The translations under genes were made by a program, and so were the position numbers. The notes beneath the pieces are model-generated. The model saw nothing but the letters and a program-made list of their open reading frames with translations, was not told the DNA's origin and searched no databases. A DNA stretch of 64,000 nucleotides from Planctomycetota bacterium (GTDB taxonomy: Bacteria > Planctomycetota > PLA2): the NCBI GenBank assembly GCA_021776785.1, contig JAJFFF010000044.1, positions 282,230 through 346,229 of the forward strand, written 5' to 3'. Shown here in pieces: positions 63,464 through 64,000 of this stretch. The first letter of the stretch is position 1; every line of letters begins with the position of its first letter.

Positions 63464-64000
63464 TTAGCCGGGGTTGGTTTTTTTGAGTTTTTGAATCGTT
63501 GCAAGGCCGCAAAGGAAGAGCGCGACCGAAACGCCAAACGCCGCGCGGTACGTGAACGCGTCTCTCACCCAAAGGCCCAAGTGTGGCGCGAACGCGCTCC
63601 GGATACCGACCATGGAGAAGTGAATCGCGGCATACATGTGCGCGCGCCCGTCGGGGGCAAAGTGCAAAGGCCCCAAGTTCCAGCCGTAGTGCACACCCGC
63701 CATCGACAACCCGAACAAGCAGTAGAGAAGAAGAAACGCCGCAAACGTCGTGACGAAACCCATCGCGGTGAAAAACAGTGCGAGCAGGAGAAACGCGATC
63801 GATGTGATGCGGACCACGCCGAGGCGATGCGCGAATCGACCGAGGAGCGCCGAACCGATCACCTGCGCAATCGGAAACGCGATCGACAGGGCGGATGTGT
63901 ACTGGCTCCAAGAGAGCTTGAGCTCGTCTTCCGCAAAGAGCGCGAGCAACCCAATGCTGCACAGGAACGCGATGCCGTAGAGCATGAAGCCAAGCTCGTA
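63464..64000 (-). CDS. MFS transporter, C-terminal half (the gene continues beyond the window end)
   Basis: Six hydrophobic helices (…LGRFAHRLGVVRITSIAFLLLALFFTAMGF…). The track Met at 63985 is internal, and there is no upstream stop before the window edge. Confidence 0.55.
   Translation of the reverse strand, partial: YELGFMLYGIAFLCSIGLLALFAEDELKLSWSQYTSALSIAFPIAQVIGSALLGRFAHRLGVVRITSIAFLLLALFFTAMGFVTTFAAFLLLYCLFGLSMAGVHYGWNLGPLHFAPDGRAHMYAAIHFSMVGIRSAFAPHLGLWVRDAFTYRAAFGVSVALFLCGLATIQKLKKTNPG

Overview
High-GC (~68%) bacterial chromosomal segment with compact, mostly co-directional gene blocks and roughly 55 supportable protein genes. No rRNA, tRNA or CRISPR array was recognisable by eye. 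Contents, in order: (i) the 3' part of an exopolysaccharide/capsule locus (Wzz-type chain-length determinant, CpsB-type PHP tyrosine phosphatase, Wza exporter lipoprotein, NAD-dependent sugar epimerase, a WecA/MraY-family priming transferase with a fused degenerate UDP-GlcNAc-2-epimerase-like domain, and a WbaP-type priming sugar transferase); (ii) ispH, a Trm112-fused methyltransferase, and a coupled beta-propeller/HExxH-metalloprotease pair; (iii) a cytoplasmic phosphorelay cluster (hybrid histidine kinase plus three single-domain receiver proteins); (iv) a BNR/Asp-box repeat lipoprotein and a YtoQ-family protein; (v) an operon of a thioredoxin-fold lipoprotein, a fused alpha/beta TPP-dependent E1 dehydrogenase, a FabD-like acyltransferase and a CPBP protease; (vi) a Kelch lipoprotein, RtcB, a 930-aa ECF-sigma/anti-sigma-like fusion, an NfeD-flotillin pair, a MOSC protein and a PilX-like protein with acidic repeats; (vii) hydrolases, a DUF255 thioredoxin-like protein, a cupin, IMPase and LOG proteins; (viii) a VIT-vWA/vWA/OmpR-regulator/histidine-kinase operon; (ix) esterase, GNAT, YtxJ, methyltransferases, lpxD, a DDAH-like amidinotransferase, an LCAT-like lipase, an MsbA-like ABC exporter, pckA and a partial MFS transporter. 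The most notable observation is two independent in-frame TGA codons that fall exactly on the first Cys of the CxxC redox motif in two secreted thioredoxin-fold proteins (19697-20092 plus strand; 39373-40359 minus strand), which suggests selenocysteine decoding. The second notable observation is two copies of a ~300-bp nested inverted-repeat element (about 3897-4222 and 63101-63440), which looks like a MITE.
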